A DNA stretch of 64,000 nt. Source: Planctomycetota bacterium (GTDB taxonomy: Bacteria > Planctomycetota > Planctomycetia > Pirellulales > Lacipirellulaceae). The stretch is from contig JBCCXZ010000008.1 in NCBI GenBank assembly GCA_039190745.1, positions 20,937 to 84,936 of the forward strand. The letters run 5' to 3'. The notes under the pieces were generated by a model. The model did not search any database. It worked only from the letters and a program-made list of their open reading frames with translations, and was not told the origin of the DNA. This document shows, piece after piece, positions 39,827-49,637 of the stretch; positions within the stretch are counted from its first letter, which is position 1; each line of letters begins with the position of its first letter. Made by a program: the position numbers and the translations under genes.

Positions 39827-41472
39827 GACCGGCCCTCCACCAAGTCCGTGAACGCGAACCGGCCGCCGTCGAACAGACCTAGGTCGCTCAGTTTCAACTC
39901 GGGAATCACCAACAAAGCCATGAAAGAAAGCGTCATGTACGGCGCCCGCAGCGGCGAGCCCCAACCCTTTACCGCCCGGTCCAGCGCCTGGTACGCATCG
40001 GCCACCTCCTCGCACGTGCCCGTGGCCATCAGCCCCGCCACCGGCAGCGGCAGCACCAGCCGCGTCTGCTCGGCGGCGCAGACCGCGCTCAACCCGCCGC
40101 CCTCGTCCATTACCGCGTTGATCGCTTCGGTCAGGTCCCCGTCCTCGGCGCCCACCGCGATCACGTTGTGCGAGTCGTGCGCCACGCTCGAAGCCATCGC
40201 CCCGCGGCTCAGCCCGAAATTCTTGATGAACGCAACGGCCGGCTCCGCCTTTCGGTATCGGTTCACCACTACCAACTTCAGCACGTCGGCAGACGGGTCC
40301 GAGACAATCGCCCCGCCTTCGACCTTCGGTTCCACCGACAACCGGTTGGTGATCAACTGCCCGTCCAACGCCTCGATCACCTGCAAGAGTCCATCCGCAG
40401 CCGGAACGCGGAGCTGCGCCGCATCGACGCGGTTCGGCACAAACCGATTCGCTACCGGCGGCTCGACGCGTTCGAGCTTCGTTCGCCCCGTCTCCGCGAC
40501 CAAGCGGCCGTCGATCCAAGTCCGCTTAACGCGGAAGTCTGCAAGCGATTGAACCTCGATAAAATCGGCGGGGTCCCCCACACGCAACAACCCCACATCG
40601 AGGCCGTAGTGCTGAACCGGGTTCACACAAGCCGCCCGCAACACATCATAGGCATCAACTCCATTGGCTACCGCCCTGCGGACCAATGCGTCGATGTGCC
40701 CCTCGACCAACTCGTCGGGGTGCTTGTCGTCGCTGCACAGCATCGTCATCTCCGGGTGCTCGGAGAGAAGGGTGTACAACGCATCGAAGTTCCGCGCGGC
40801 CGAACCTTCCCGGATCGCGATCTTGCAGCCCGCCGCCAGCTTGTCGAGCGCTTCTTCCTTGGTGAAGCACTCGTGGTCGGTCGTCATACCCGCCGCGACG
40901 TACCGTGCCGCCTCCTCTCCCCGCAGTCCAGGGGCGTGGCCGTCGACCGGCTTGCCCCGGGACAGAGCCGCCTCGATCTTCGCCAGGCAGCCCGGGTCCC
41001 CGTGCAGAACGCCCGGGAAATTCATCATCTCGCTCAGGTACCGCACCCGCGGATCGTCCAGGAGGGCCTCGACTTCGGCGGTCGTGATCTCCGCACCCGC
41101 GGTCTCGAAGGTCGTCGCCGGAACGCAAGAGGGGGCCCCGAAGTTGAACTTCAGCGGCGAGCCCTCCGCCTCAGCCAACATGTACCGGACGCCCTCCACG
41201 CCAAGCACGTTGCCGATCTCGTGCGGGTCGCTCACCGTCGCAACGGTCCCGTGGACCACCGCCTTCCGAGCGAACTCGGTCGGCACGAGCATCGAGCTCT
41301 CAATGTGCACGTGGGCGTCGACAAACCCCGGCAGCAAGAACGTATCGGGGGCCTCGGAAACCGACTCGATGGCTACAATCCGGCCGGACTCGACTCGTAC
41401 CTTCGACGGCACGGCCTCGCGTTTTTCGATGTCGACCACCCGGCCTACAACTTCAAACGACGGCGCACTCAT
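39823..41472 (-). CDS. ade: Adenine deaminase
   Basis: DAHVHIESS, DPHEIGNV, EMMNFPG, DGHAP, DHEC, REGSAA, SDDKHP, AHDSHN. Confidence 0.95.
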   Translation of the reverse strand: MSAPSFEVVGRVVDIEKREAVPSKVRVESGRIVAIESVSEAPDTFLLPGFVDAHVHIESSMLVPTEFARKAVVHGTVATVSDPHEIGNVLGVEGVRYMLAEAEGSPLKFNFGAPSCVPATTFETAGAEITTAEVEALLDDPRVRYLSEMMNFPGVLHGDPGCLAKIEAALSRGKPVDGHAPGLRGEEAARYVAAGMTTDHECFTKEEALDKLAAGCKIAIREGSAARNFDALYTLLSEHPEMTMLCSDDKHPDELVEGHIDALVRRAVANGVDAYDVLRAACVNPVQHYGLDVGLLRVGDPADFIEVQSLADFRVKRTWIDGRLVAETGRTKLERVEPPVANRFVPNRVDAAQLRVPAADGLLQVIEALDGQLITNRLSVEPKVEGGAIVSDPSADVLKLVVVNRYRKAEPAVAFIKNFGLSRGAMASSVAHDSHNVIAVGAEDGDLTEAINAVMDEGGGLSAVCAAEQTRLVLPLPVAGLMATGTCEEVADAYQALDRAVKGWGSPLRAPYMTLSFMALLVIPELKLSDLGLFDGGRFAFTDLVEGRS

Positions 41473-41514
41473 GGCCTGCTCCTGGAGCCGGGTTTGTTGA
41501 TCCGCTGCACGGCG

Positions 41515-42897
41515 TCAGTTCTTCGGTCCGCCGTCTCCGCGTCCGCCTCCTCCTCCACCGCCACGCCGACGCCCACCGCGGCCGCCCCGGCCCCCGCGGC
41601 CCCGCGAAGACGAAGCCCGCGACGGCGCCCGACTACGCCCCTCGAGGTTGGCATCGACAATCACATTGATTGCCTCCGACCAACTGGGGATGCTGCGGTG
41701 GCTCGATCGGCGAGGGGCGCCTTCTTCCGCCTCGGCGTCGTCGCCTTCGAGCCCTTGCCCAAAACCGACGTTGGCAAGATCATCGTCTTCGTCCGCCGAA
41801 TCAGAAACCGATCCGGTCTCGGCGCCGCTCTCAGCCGGCTTGCGTCGACGGCGACGCGAACGGCGGCGACGCGGTCGGCGTTCTTCGCCGTCTTCGTCGT
41901 CTCCGCTTTCCTCTTTCTCGGCAGGTCCGAGCCCGGCTCCAAACCCATCATCGGCGTCTTCCGCTCCACTGCGAGAACCCAGCCCATCGTCCGAGTCCGC
42001 CAAGTCAGCGTTCTCCGCGGCAGGGCTATCGCCCGATCGGCCGCCGCGTCCGCGACGCCCCCTCCGCCGGCGACGCCGGCGCTTGGGCTTGTCGCCTGGC
42101 TCATCCGACTCGTCGCTATCACCTTCGGCTGCGACCTCCTCGGAACTGGCTTCGCTTTCAGTGGCATCGATCCCCTCGCCAAAGGCCGATCCTGTGTCGT
42201 TAACATCCGGGCCCTCAGAGGCGTCCTCGGGTTCGGAAGACGCCGGACGAAACCGCGAAGGTATCCGGGAGAACAATGCATCGAAGGCGCTACGCGCAGC
42301 TTCACCGGCAACGCCTCGTGGCTGATCCTCGACGTCATCCGCGTCAGCAGATTCATCCGCCGATTCTTCCACCTCCCCGAAAGCCGTGTCCAACGCCGTT
42401 TCCGTATCCGCCATGGAGACTTCGGAATCGGCCGCTGAGACTTCCTCCACGCTCTCTTCTGCGATCTCTTCTGCATCGTCGAGGCCATCGTCGGGGTCGG
42501 CAAACCCGATGAAAGGCTCCGGTTCGGGCTCTTCGATCGATTGCTCGCTCCCACCTACTTCATCCGCCGGTTCGGCTGCCGGGGGCAGAGCCTCCTGAAC
42601 CGAGGCGGCCTCTCCTTCACCGAAATCGAAGTCATCATCAATCCGCTCAGGCGAGCCGAGCACCGATTCGCCCTCCGCCTCGATCGGCGTTTCGATCCCC
42701 AATTGGCCAGCCAGCTCCGCCCAATCGCTGTCCGAGGGCTGCACGGGCTCCGGCTCCGATTGCGGAACTGGCGACGCAGCCTCAGGCTCAGGCAGAGCGT
42801 TCGCCGGCTGCTTGCGCTCGAATGCGTCTGCGGCGGGCTCGGCGCCCAATTCACTAAGAAGGTCGTCCCAGCCCGATTCGTCTTGTTGGTCTTGCAT
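41515..42897 (-). CDS. Acidic, low-complexity, probably disordered protein with Arg-rich patches
   Basis: 461-codon open frame; D/E-rich; RRRRRRRGRRGRG and RG-rich tail. Confidence 0.7.
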   Translation of the reverse strand: MQDQQDESGWDDLLSELGAEPAADAFERKQPANALPEPEAASPVPQSEPEPVQPSDSDWAELAGQLGIETPIEAEGESVLGSPERIDDDFDFGEGEAASVQEALPPAAEPADEVGGSEQSIEEPEPEPFIGFADPDDGLDDAEEIAEESVEEVSAADSEVSMADTETALDTAFGEVEESADESADADDVEDQPRGVAGEAARSAFDALFSRIPSRFRPASSEPEDASEGPDVNDTGSAFGEGIDATESEASSEEVAAEGDSDESDEPGDKPKRRRRRRRGRRGRGGRSGDSPAAENADLADSDDGLGSRSGAEDADDGFGAGLGPAEKEESGDDEDGEERRPRRRRSRRRRRKPAESGAETGSVSDSADEDDDLANVGFGQGLEGDDAEAEEGAPRRSSHRSIPSWSEAINVIVDANLEGRSRAPSRASSSRGRGGRGGRGGRRRGGGGGGGRGDGGPKN

Positions 42898-43083
42898 ACC
42901 ACCCAGGCATAGAAATGAGGTGCCAGAGACACCAGGATTCGGTCGCACTCTCCCTCGGCTAAGGCCTTCGGGAGATCTAACCACGAACAGCCGTTCTCAC
43001 GCGGCGAGTAATCCACGAATATAAGGCGACGCGGCCATACGGGGAACCCGCAGTTGGTCCCGAGCCACACCGGAGGCGACGTT

Positions 43084-44370
43084 TTGAAACCTCAAGAGGC
43101 AGGCAAACCGGAACCAGCCGGAGACGACCGTTTTCCCTACTTCGAGGAAACCGAGCTCAGCGGCCACATCATCGACAGCCTCCTGTTGCCCAAAGTGCTG
43201 GATTGCATCCTGACCGCCGGGGGGCGTTTTAAGCTCAAGAATATCTCAATCGGCGAGGGCAGGTCTGATCCGAGCCGGGTACTGATCGAGGTTCACGCAT
43301 CGGACGAAGCGACCCTGCGGGCGATTGTCGCTCAGGCGGGAGGCCACGGAGCCGTGCCGACCGCAGGGGCCGATGCTCATCTGGTTGTGGCCGATCTTGA
43401 CGGTGCGTTTCCCGAAGGTTTCTACGCGACAACAAACCAACGGACCGAGGTCCGGCTGGCGGGGCAGTGGCTGCCCGTCGCGGACCCGGAAATGGATTGC
43501 GGCATCCTGGTCGATACCGACCTGGAAACCGCGAGGTGCGTGGCGATGTCCGACGTAGTTCGAGGCTCGAAGATCGTGGTCGGCTACAAGGGCGTCCGCG
43601 TACACCCCTACCAGCGGCCGGCCGAGGATCACGGATTTGCTTTCATGAACAGCAACGTCTCGACCGAGAAGCCCAAAGGCGTCGTCATCCGCCAGGTCGC
43701 CGAGCGGTTGTTCGAGAACAAGCAGCGCGGCGAGAAGACGCTGCTCGTCGGCGGCCCGGCCATCGTCCACACCGGCAGTGGAGCCCTGCTGACCAAGCTC
43801 ATCACTGGCGGGTACATCCACAAGCTCTTCGCCGGGAACGCGCTCGCCACGCACGACATCGAGCAAGCGCTCTACGGAACCAGCCTGGGCGTGAACCTGC
43901 ACGAGGGCAGCCTCGCCGACGCTGGACACGAGCACCACCTGCGCGCGATCAACCGCATCCGCCGGGCCGGTTCCATCGCTGCGGCCGTAAAGTCGGGCGT
44001 GCTCACTTCCGGGATCATGCACGCCTGCATCGACCAAGGAGTCGAGTTCTTGCTCTCAGGCAGTATCCGCGACGACGGCCCCCTGCCGGACGTGGTCACC
44101 GACGCAATTGAGAACCAACGGCTCATGCGTGCGGCGGTCCGCGACGTCTCGTTCTGCTTGATGATCGCAACAACCCTGCACTCTATCGCGGTGGGCAACC
44201 TCCTGCCGGCAGAGGTCGGCGTTGTGTGCGTCGACATCAACCCCTCGACCGTCATCAAGCTCAGCGACCGCGGCAGCTTTCAAACCGTCGGCCTCGTCAC
44301 CGATGTCGAGCCGTTCCTTAGGGCAGTGGTCAATGAGATCGAGGCACTGGAACAACAAGAGGCCGAATGA
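43084..44370 (+). CDS. TIGR00300-family protein (LOR/SDH-type; ornithine cyclodeaminase like the ArgZ/AgrE C-terminal part)
   Basis: GHIIDSL, FYATTN, EMDCGI, FAFMNSNVSTEK, GNALATHDIE, GSIRDDGPLPD, LHSIAVGN, KLSDRGS; GGAGG RBS before TTG. Confidence 0.9.
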   Translation: MKPQEAGKPEPAGDDRFPYFEETELSGHIIDSLLLPKVLDCILTAGGRFKLKNISIGEGRSDPSRVLIEVHASDEATLRAIVAQAGGHGAVPTAGADAHLVVADLDGAFPEGFYATTNQRTEVRLAGQWLPVADPEMDCGILVDTDLETARCVAMSDVVRGSKIVVGYKGVRVHPYQRPAEDHGFAFMNSNVSTEKPKGVVIRQVAERLFENKQRGEKTLLVGGPAIVHTGSGALLTKLITGGYIHKLFAGNALATHDIEQALYGTSLGVNLHEGSLADAGHEHHLRAINRIRRAGSIAAAVKSGVLTSGIMHACIDQGVEFLLSGSIRDDGPLPDVVTDAIENQRLMRAAVRDVSFCLMIATTLHSIAVGNLLPAEVGVVCVDINPSTVIKLSDRGSFQTVGLVTDVEPFLRAVVNEIEALEQQEAE

Positions 44371-45194
44371 AACCGACCGTCCTGATGTGCCGTCCGGATT
44401 TCTACGGGGTCCAGTACGAGATCAATCCGTGGATGGACACTGCCCGTGAGGTGGATCATGCCGAAGCGGTCCGCCAGTGGGAGAGGCTGCGCCAACTCAT
44501 CGAGGGAGCAGGGGCCGAGGTGGGCCTTGTTCCCCCGGTTAAAGGACTGCCGGACCTGGTTTTTACTGCGAACGCTGCGTTGATCTATCGCCGAAGGGCC
44601 GTTCTCTCCTGTTTTCGCCACTCCCAGCGGCAGGGCGAAGAGGCACACTTCCGCGTTGCGTTGGAAGCCCAAGGCTTTGGGGTGTGTGAACCTCCCGGCA
44701 GCAGGTCGTTCGAAGGGGCCGGCGATGCGTTGTTCTGCGGTGATGCACTCTTTGCCGGCTACATGAGCCGCAGCGACGCGGCGGGGCACCAAAGGATTGC
44801 AGAGTTGCTGGGCATTGGCGTGCTCCCGCTTGAGCTGGTCGACCCTTACTACTACCACCTCGATACCTGCTTCTGCCCGCTTGTCCCAGGCGTCGCTGCT
44901 TACTTCCCTAGGGCGTTCGACGATTACGGAAGGCGAGTGCTGCGTGAAAATGTACCGGTGCTCATCGAAGTTGCCGAAGGCGAAGCACGCGAGTTTGCCT
45001 GCAACGCCGTTGTCATCGGCAAGCGGGTGATCACCAACGAAGGCTGCCCCGATTTCCACCGATCACTCGGCGGGCTTGGTTTCGATCCCGTAGCTACCCC
45101 GCTTCACGAATTCGTGAAAGCCGGCGGCAGCGCGAAGTGCTTGACCCTACGGCTCGACGGGGAGGACGCGGCCGGGTGGCGGAGCAGCGGTTAG
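44367..45194 (+). CDS. Amidinotransferase-family (pentein) hydrolase, arginine dihydrolase / DDAH-like
   Basis: LMCRPDFYGVQYEINPWM, GLPDLVFTANA, FEGAGD, YHLDTCF, FACNAV, GGSAKCLTL. Confidence 0.9.
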   Translation: MKPTVLMCRPDFYGVQYEINPWMDTAREVDHAEAVRQWERLRQLIEGAGAEVGLVPPVKGLPDLVFTANAALIYRRRAVLSCFRHSQRQGEEAHFRVALEAQGFGVCEPPGSRSFEGAGDALFCGDALFAGYMSRSDAAGHQRIAELLGIGVLPLELVDPYYYHLDTCFCPLVPGVAAYFPRAFDDYGRRVLRENVPVLIEVAEGEAREFACNAVVIGKRVITNEGCPDFHRSLGGLGFDPVATPLHEFVKAGGSAKCLTLRLDGEDAAGWRSSG

Positions 45195-45796
45195 GCTGCG
45201 GGCGGTTGCTCCTTGGCGAGGGTGCTGATGGTCTTGAACTGAGGGTGATCCGCCCCGCCGCACCATTCGAACAGGGCGGCTTCAGTAGTTGTAAGCGTGA
45301 CGCCGGCGGACTGCATCCGCTGCAGGGCTGTCTTGTGGTCGACGGCATACCTTGAACCGACAGCGTCAACCGCTAAGAAAACCAGGTATCCGGCGGACGC
45401 CAAGTCGAGCGCCGTCTGCTGCACGCAGACGTGGGTCTCGATCCCGCAGAGCAGTACGCGGTCTATCTCGGCGGCAACCCAGTCGGCGACCGCGGCGGGG
45501 CAAGCCGCTGCGCTGAAGTCGGACTTGGCCTCGGCGGGTCGCCCGATCGCGGCGGCGACTGAAGCAACAGTCGGCCCTAACTTCTGGGGGACTTGCTCGG
45601 TTGCGGCCGCACGAACTCCGAGGGCTCGAGCCCCGTCGGCGAGCCGGCGTGCGTTCCAGGCAATCGTCGCCGCTTGGGGCTGAGCCGCCATCAGCTTTTC
45701 TTGCAGGTCGATCACCAGCAACGCCGTCTGCTCAGGCCGCATGAGCATGGGGCTGCGGGGCGGGGTGGATGCGGGTTGTCCATCGTTTTGATTCAT
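45191..45796 (-). CDS. Isochorismatase-family hydrolase
   Basis: LLVIDLQEKL, TEQVPQKLGPT, GIETHVCVQQTALD. Confidence 0.9.
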   Translation of the reverse strand: MNQNDGQPASTPPRSPMLMRPEQTALLVIDLQEKLMAAQPQAATIAWNARRLADGARALGVRAAATEQVPQKLGPTVASVAAAIGRPAEAKSDFSAAACPAAVADWVAAEIDRVLLCGIETHVCVQQTALDLASAGYLVFLAVDAVGSRYAVDHKTALQRMQSAGVTLTTTEAALFEWCGGADHPQFKTISTLAKEQPPAA

Positions 45797-45911
45797 CGCA
45801 GCAGCATAGGCTTGAGGCACACGGCCGTCCAAGGCCACGCCGCGGCCCCCTGACCGCAGGCCGCGGGCCCGGTAAGATTGGGTGTTTCACATTCCTGGGA
45901 ACGGACAAGCA

Positions 45912-46445
45912 ATGAAGACACGCTCGACGACCATCCTGACTGTGCGTCGCAACGGCAAGGTCGCCATCGGCGGCGACGGCCAGGTAAGCCTCGGCGACAC
46001 GGTTGTGAAGTCCGACGCCCAGAAGATCCGGAAGCTGGTCGACGCCAAAGTGTTGGTGGGCTTCGCCGGGGCCGCGGCCGATGCTTTCGCTCTGATGGAG
46101 CGGCTCGAAGCAAAGCTGAAGGACCACCCGGCCAACCTGCCGCGGGCGGCGACGGAGCTGGCCAAGGACTGGCGGATGGACCGGGCCCTTCGTCGTCTCG
46201 AAGCGTTGGTCGCCGTGGTGGACGCGGACCACACGCTGCTGCTGTCGGGCACGGGGGACGTGATCCAGCCGAGTGACGGCATCCTCGGCATCGGCTCGGG
46301 AGGCAACTACGCCCTCTCGGCGGCCCGGGCGCTGGCGGCGAACACCGACCTGTCTGCGGCTGAGATTGTGCGTAAGTCGCTGGAGATCGCCGGGGATATC
46401 TGCGTGTACTCAAATCAAAACCTCGCCATTGAGGAACTGCCTTGA
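45912..46445 (+). CDS. hslV: ATP-dependent protease peptidase subunit
   Basis: [46 protein letters not shown]. Confidence 0.95.
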   Translation: MKTRSTTILTVRRNGKVAIGGDGQVSLGDTVVKSDAQKIRKLVDAKVLVGFAGAAADAFALMERLEAKLKDHPANLPRAATELAKDWRMDRALRRLEALVAVVDADHTLLLSGTGDVIQPSDGILGIGSGGNYALSAARALAANTDLSAAEIVRKSLEIAGDICVYSNQNLAIEELP

Positions 46446-47785
46446 AGAACTTGACCCCCCGCGAGATCGTCTCGGAGCTCGACCGCCACATCGTCGGCCA
46501 AGCAAAGGCGAAACGCGCCGTGGCGGTCGCGATCCGCAATCGCTGGCGGCGGCGGCAGCTGGACGAAGAGCTCCGGAAGGAGGTGGCGCCTAAGAATATC
46601 CTCATGATCGGCCCTACCGGCGTCGGCAAGACCGAGATCGCCCGGCGGCTGGCGAAGCTGACCGGCGCCCCGTTCATCAAGGTCGAGGCCACGAAGTACA
46701 CCGAGGTCGGTTACTACGGCCGCGACGTGGAGAGCATGATCCGAGAGCTGGTCGAGAACGCGATTGGCATCGTCCGCGAGCAAGAGATGGCAGGCGTCGA
46801 GGAAGAGGCCAAGAAGCGGGTGACCGAGCGGTTGCTCGACCTGGTCGCCCCGCAGCCGACCTCCTTCGACGTCGGCGTCGACAGCGACGACTCGCCTGAG
46901 CGGTACGAGCGGACCCGCGAGAAGATGCGGGCCATGCTCGTCGCCGGCGAGCTGGAACAGCGCGAGGTCGAGATCGCGATTGAGCAGAAGGCCCAGGCGA
47001 TGATGCTGCCCGGCATGGGCCCCGGCGGGGACCAGATGGATTTCGACGTGCAAGGAATGCTTGAGAAAATCCTCCCGAAAAACGTCGTCCGCCGAAAGAT
47101 GACCGTCGAGCAGGCCCGCAAGGTGCTGTTCGATCAGGAGTGCGAAGCGCTCATCAACGAAGAGACGGTCAACGCCAAGGCGGTGGAGCTGGCCGAGGAG
47201 ACCGGCATCATCTTCCTGGACGAGGTCGACAAGGTGGTCGCGACCGAGGGCGGGAAGGGGAACGACGTCTCGCGGCAGGGCGTGCAGCGGGATTTGTTGC
47301 CGATCGTCGAGGGCACGACCGTGCAGACGCGGTATGGCTATGTCCGGACCGACCACGTGCTGTTCGTCGCGGCGGGGGCGTTCCACAGCACGCGGCCGAG
47401 CGACCTGATGCCGGAGCTGCAGGGCCGGTTCCCGATCCGGGTGGAGCTGGACGACCTGACGAAGGACGACTTCGTGCGGATCCTTTCGGAGCCGCGGAGT
47501 GCGCTCACCAAGCAGTACGTTGCCTTGTTGCAGACCGAGGGGGTGGAGATCGAGTTCCAGCCTGACTCGATCGAGGCCTTGGCTCTCTACTCGCACCGGG
47601 TGAACCAGTCGACGCAGAACATCGGCGCCAGGCGGCTGCACACGCTGCTGGAGCGGCTGCTTGAGGAGCTGAGCTTCGAGGCGCCGGATATGGGTATGGG
47701 CAAGGTCGAGATCAACGAGGCCTACGTCCGGGAGCGGCTCGACGAGATCGCCCAGGACGAGGACCTCAGCCGGTACATCCTCTAA
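46442..47785 (+). CDS. hslU: ATP-dependent protease ATPase subunit
   Basis: [59 protein letters not shown]. Confidence 0.97.
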   Translation: MKNLTPREIVSELDRHIVGQAKAKRAVAVAIRNRWRRRQLDEELRKEVAPKNILMIGPTGVGKTEIARRLAKLTGAPFIKVEATKYTEVGYYGRDVESMIRELVENAIGIVREQEMAGVEEEAKKRVTERLLDLVAPQPTSFDVGVDSDDSPERYERTREKMRAMLVAGELEQREVEIAIEQKAQAMMLPGMGPGGDQMDFDVQGMLEKILPKNVVRRKMTVEQARKVLFDQECEALINEETVNAKAVELAEETGIIFLDEVDKVVATEGGKGNDVSRQGVQRDLLPIVEGTTVQTRYGYVRTDHVLFVAAGAFHSTRPSDLMPELQGRFPIRVELDDLTKDDFVRILSEPRSALTKQYVALLQTEGVEIEFQPDSIEALALYSHRVNQSTQNIGARRLHTLLERLLEELSFEAPDMGMGKVEINEAYVRERLDEIAQDEDLSRYIL

Positions 47786-47807
47786 GCGTGCATCTGCCGG
47801 CGCGGTC

Positions 47808-48299
47808 CTAACCATGGGCGATGTCCTCGGCGTGGCTGGCCAATGCGTCGATGAACGCTGCGGACTGCGGACCGGCGCCGGTGACAGCGAAGGTCCGATC
47901 GCCGTTCTCTTGCGGCTCGATGTCCACGCGGACGTGGTCTGCCGGGAGGGAGGCGGCCACGCGGTCGGCCCATTCGACGAATGCGACCCCGCCGGACTGG
48001 AAGTACTCGTCGGGGCCGAGCTCTTGGAACTCGTCGTCATCGCGGAGGCGGTAGGCGTCGAAATGGTACACCGGCAGGCGGGCTTGGGGGTATTCGTTCA
48101 CGAGGACGAAGGTGGGGCTGGTGACCTCGTCTGCGGGGACGCCCAGGGCCTGGGCGACGGCCTGGACGAAGCGGGTCTTGCCGGCGCCGAGCGTGCCGAT
48201 GAGGGCGACGACCGTCGAGGGCTGGAGTACGGCGGCGAAGGCGGCGCCGAGCCGGTCGGTGTCGGCCTCCGATCGTGCGTTGAACTCGAAGGCGGTCAC
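47808..48299 (-). CDS. tsaE: tRNA threonylcarbamoyladenosine biosynthesis ATPase
   Basis: GTLGAGKT, VTSPTFVLVNEY, HFDAYRL, VEWAD. Confidence 0.93.
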   Translation of the reverse strand: MTAFEFNARSEADTDRLGAAFAAVLQPSTVVALIGTLGAGKTRFVQAVAQALGVPADEVTSPTFVLVNEYPQARLPVYHFDAYRLRDDDEFQELGPDEYFQSGGVAFVEWADRVAASLPADHVRVDIEPQENGDRTFAVTGAGPQSAAFIDALASHAEDIAHG

Positions 48300-49240
48300 T
48301 CTTGCTCTCCGTGCTGGTAGCCGGCGGGTGCGATGGCGGCGGGTTGGCCGTCGGCGGCGGTGGACCAGACGCCGAGGGTTTCGGTGAACGTGCCAATGCG
48401 GGTGAGCGGGATGCCGTCGAGCGGTTGGTCGGCGAGGAGCCTGTCGGCTTCGGCGGCGGGGACGGCGAGCAGCAACTCGAAGTCTTCGCCGTCGCCGAGG
48501 GCGTGGTCGAGCGGCGAACGGCCGGTCTGCTCGGCTAGCCGGACGGCAGCATCGGCCACGGGGACGCTGTCGATATCCAGCTCGACGCCGCAGCGGCTCG
48601 CCTTGCAGAGGCGGTCGAGGTCGAGCGTGAGGCCGTCGCTGACGTCCATGCCGGCGTGGAGCTGGTAGTTCTCGCGGAGGAGTAACGCCGCTTCGACGCG
48701 GGGCTCGAAGGCGAAGTGGCTGCCGAGGATGCTGCCGCCGAAGCTGCCGGTGACCAGCAGTGCGTCGCCGGGTTGGGCGCCGCTGCGGGTGAGCGGTCCG
48801 TGTTTGGTGACTTGGCCGAGGGCGGTCACAGAAATCACCAGCCCGCCGCCCCACGTGTTGGTGTCTCCGCCGGCAAGCGTGGCTCCGTAGCGGTCGGCCA
48901 GCGGGAGCAGGCCGGCGTAGAGGGCTTGGGCGAGTTCGAGCGGCGGGAGCGGCTGATCGGCGGCGTCGGGCAGCAGCAGCGAGACGAAGCAGGCGACCGG
49001 CTTGGCGGCCATCGCGGCGAGGTCGCTAAGGTTCACGGCGAGCGCCTTGCGGCCGATGGCGGCGGGGTCGGCCTCGCCGAGGATGAAGTCGACGCGGTCG
49101 CTGAGCAGGTCGGTGGTGACGACCGTGCCTCGATCGGCGGCTTGCAGGACTGCGGCGTCGTCGCCGATGCCGAGTTCGAGGTCTGGTGCGGCGCCGGTTT
49201 GCTCGCGTAGCCAGTGGATGAGGTCTTGTTCGAGGGGCAT
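48296..49240 (-). CDS. thiL: Thiamine-monophosphate kinase
   Basis: GIGDDAAV, AVNLSDLAAM, GGDTN, DVSDGL, GEDFELL. Confidence 0.95.
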   Translation of the reverse strand: MPLEQDLIHWLREQTGAAPDLELGIGDDAAVLQAADRGTVVTTDLLSDRVDFILGEADPAAIGRKALAVNLSDLAAMAAKPVACFVSLLLPDAADQPLPPLELAQALYAGLLPLADRYGATLAGGDTNTWGGGLVISVTALGQVTKHGPLTRSGAQPGDALLVTGSFGGSILGSHFAFEPRVEAALLLRENYQLHAGMDVSDGLTLDLDRLCKASRCGVELDIDSVPVADAAVRLAEQTGRSPLDHALGDGEDFELLLAVPAAEADRLLADQPLDGIPLTRIGTFTETLGVWSTAADGQPAAIAPAGYQHGEQE

Positions 49241-49279
49241 GCCGGGGGAGTGGGAGTTGGGTGAGGGAGTGGGAGCCTT

Positions 49280-49538
49280 GGTTTTGTCTTTTGGCGCGGA
49301 TTCGGGAACACGCGGCGATATGCCAAAAGTCGCTTGTTTTGTCAGGGTCGAGAGCGGGTTTGCCTACGACGCATAGGGTCGCGGCTATCAGGGGGCGGAC
49401 TTAACAATTTGAGTTTGCGTCATTTCGTGTCGAGTTTTCGGGGCGGTTGGATGCTGCGGGGGGGCTTGCGCGCCGGGCCCTGCGGGTTGCGAGGCAGGCG
49501 TATTATCTGAAATGAAGTGGCCACTCGCGAGCGGAAAA
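49280..49538 (-). repeat. Dispersed ~255-bp non-coding element, copy C (reverse orientation)
   Basis: Reverse complement reads CGAAAACTCGACACGAAATGACGCAAAC...TTAAGTCCGCCC...TAGCCGCGAC...GACTTTTGGCATATCGCCGCGTGT...GCCAAAAGACAAAACC. Confidence 0.8.
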
Positions 49539-49570
49539 TCTGCGGCGGAATGATTTCCGCGGAGGCATAG

Positions 49571-49605
49571 AAAAAGCCCGCTCGCCGGGTTCGGCAAGCG
49601 GGCTT
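49571..49605 (-). terminator. Rho-independent terminator of the minus-strand chemoreceptor gene
   Basis: Minus strand: AAGCCCGCTTGCCG-AACC-CGGCGAGCGGGC-TTTTT, about 30 nt after the stop. Confidence 0.75.
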
Positions 49606-49637
49606 GGCTTCGTCGTGGCCGAACTAGGCTTTTCGGC

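Noticed and set aside
42995..43035. dif site or DnaA-box cluster at the skew switch
   Set aside because: AGTAATCCACGAATATAAGGCGAC lacks the TTATGTTAA XerD arm, and only one weak DnaA-box-like 9-mer is present.
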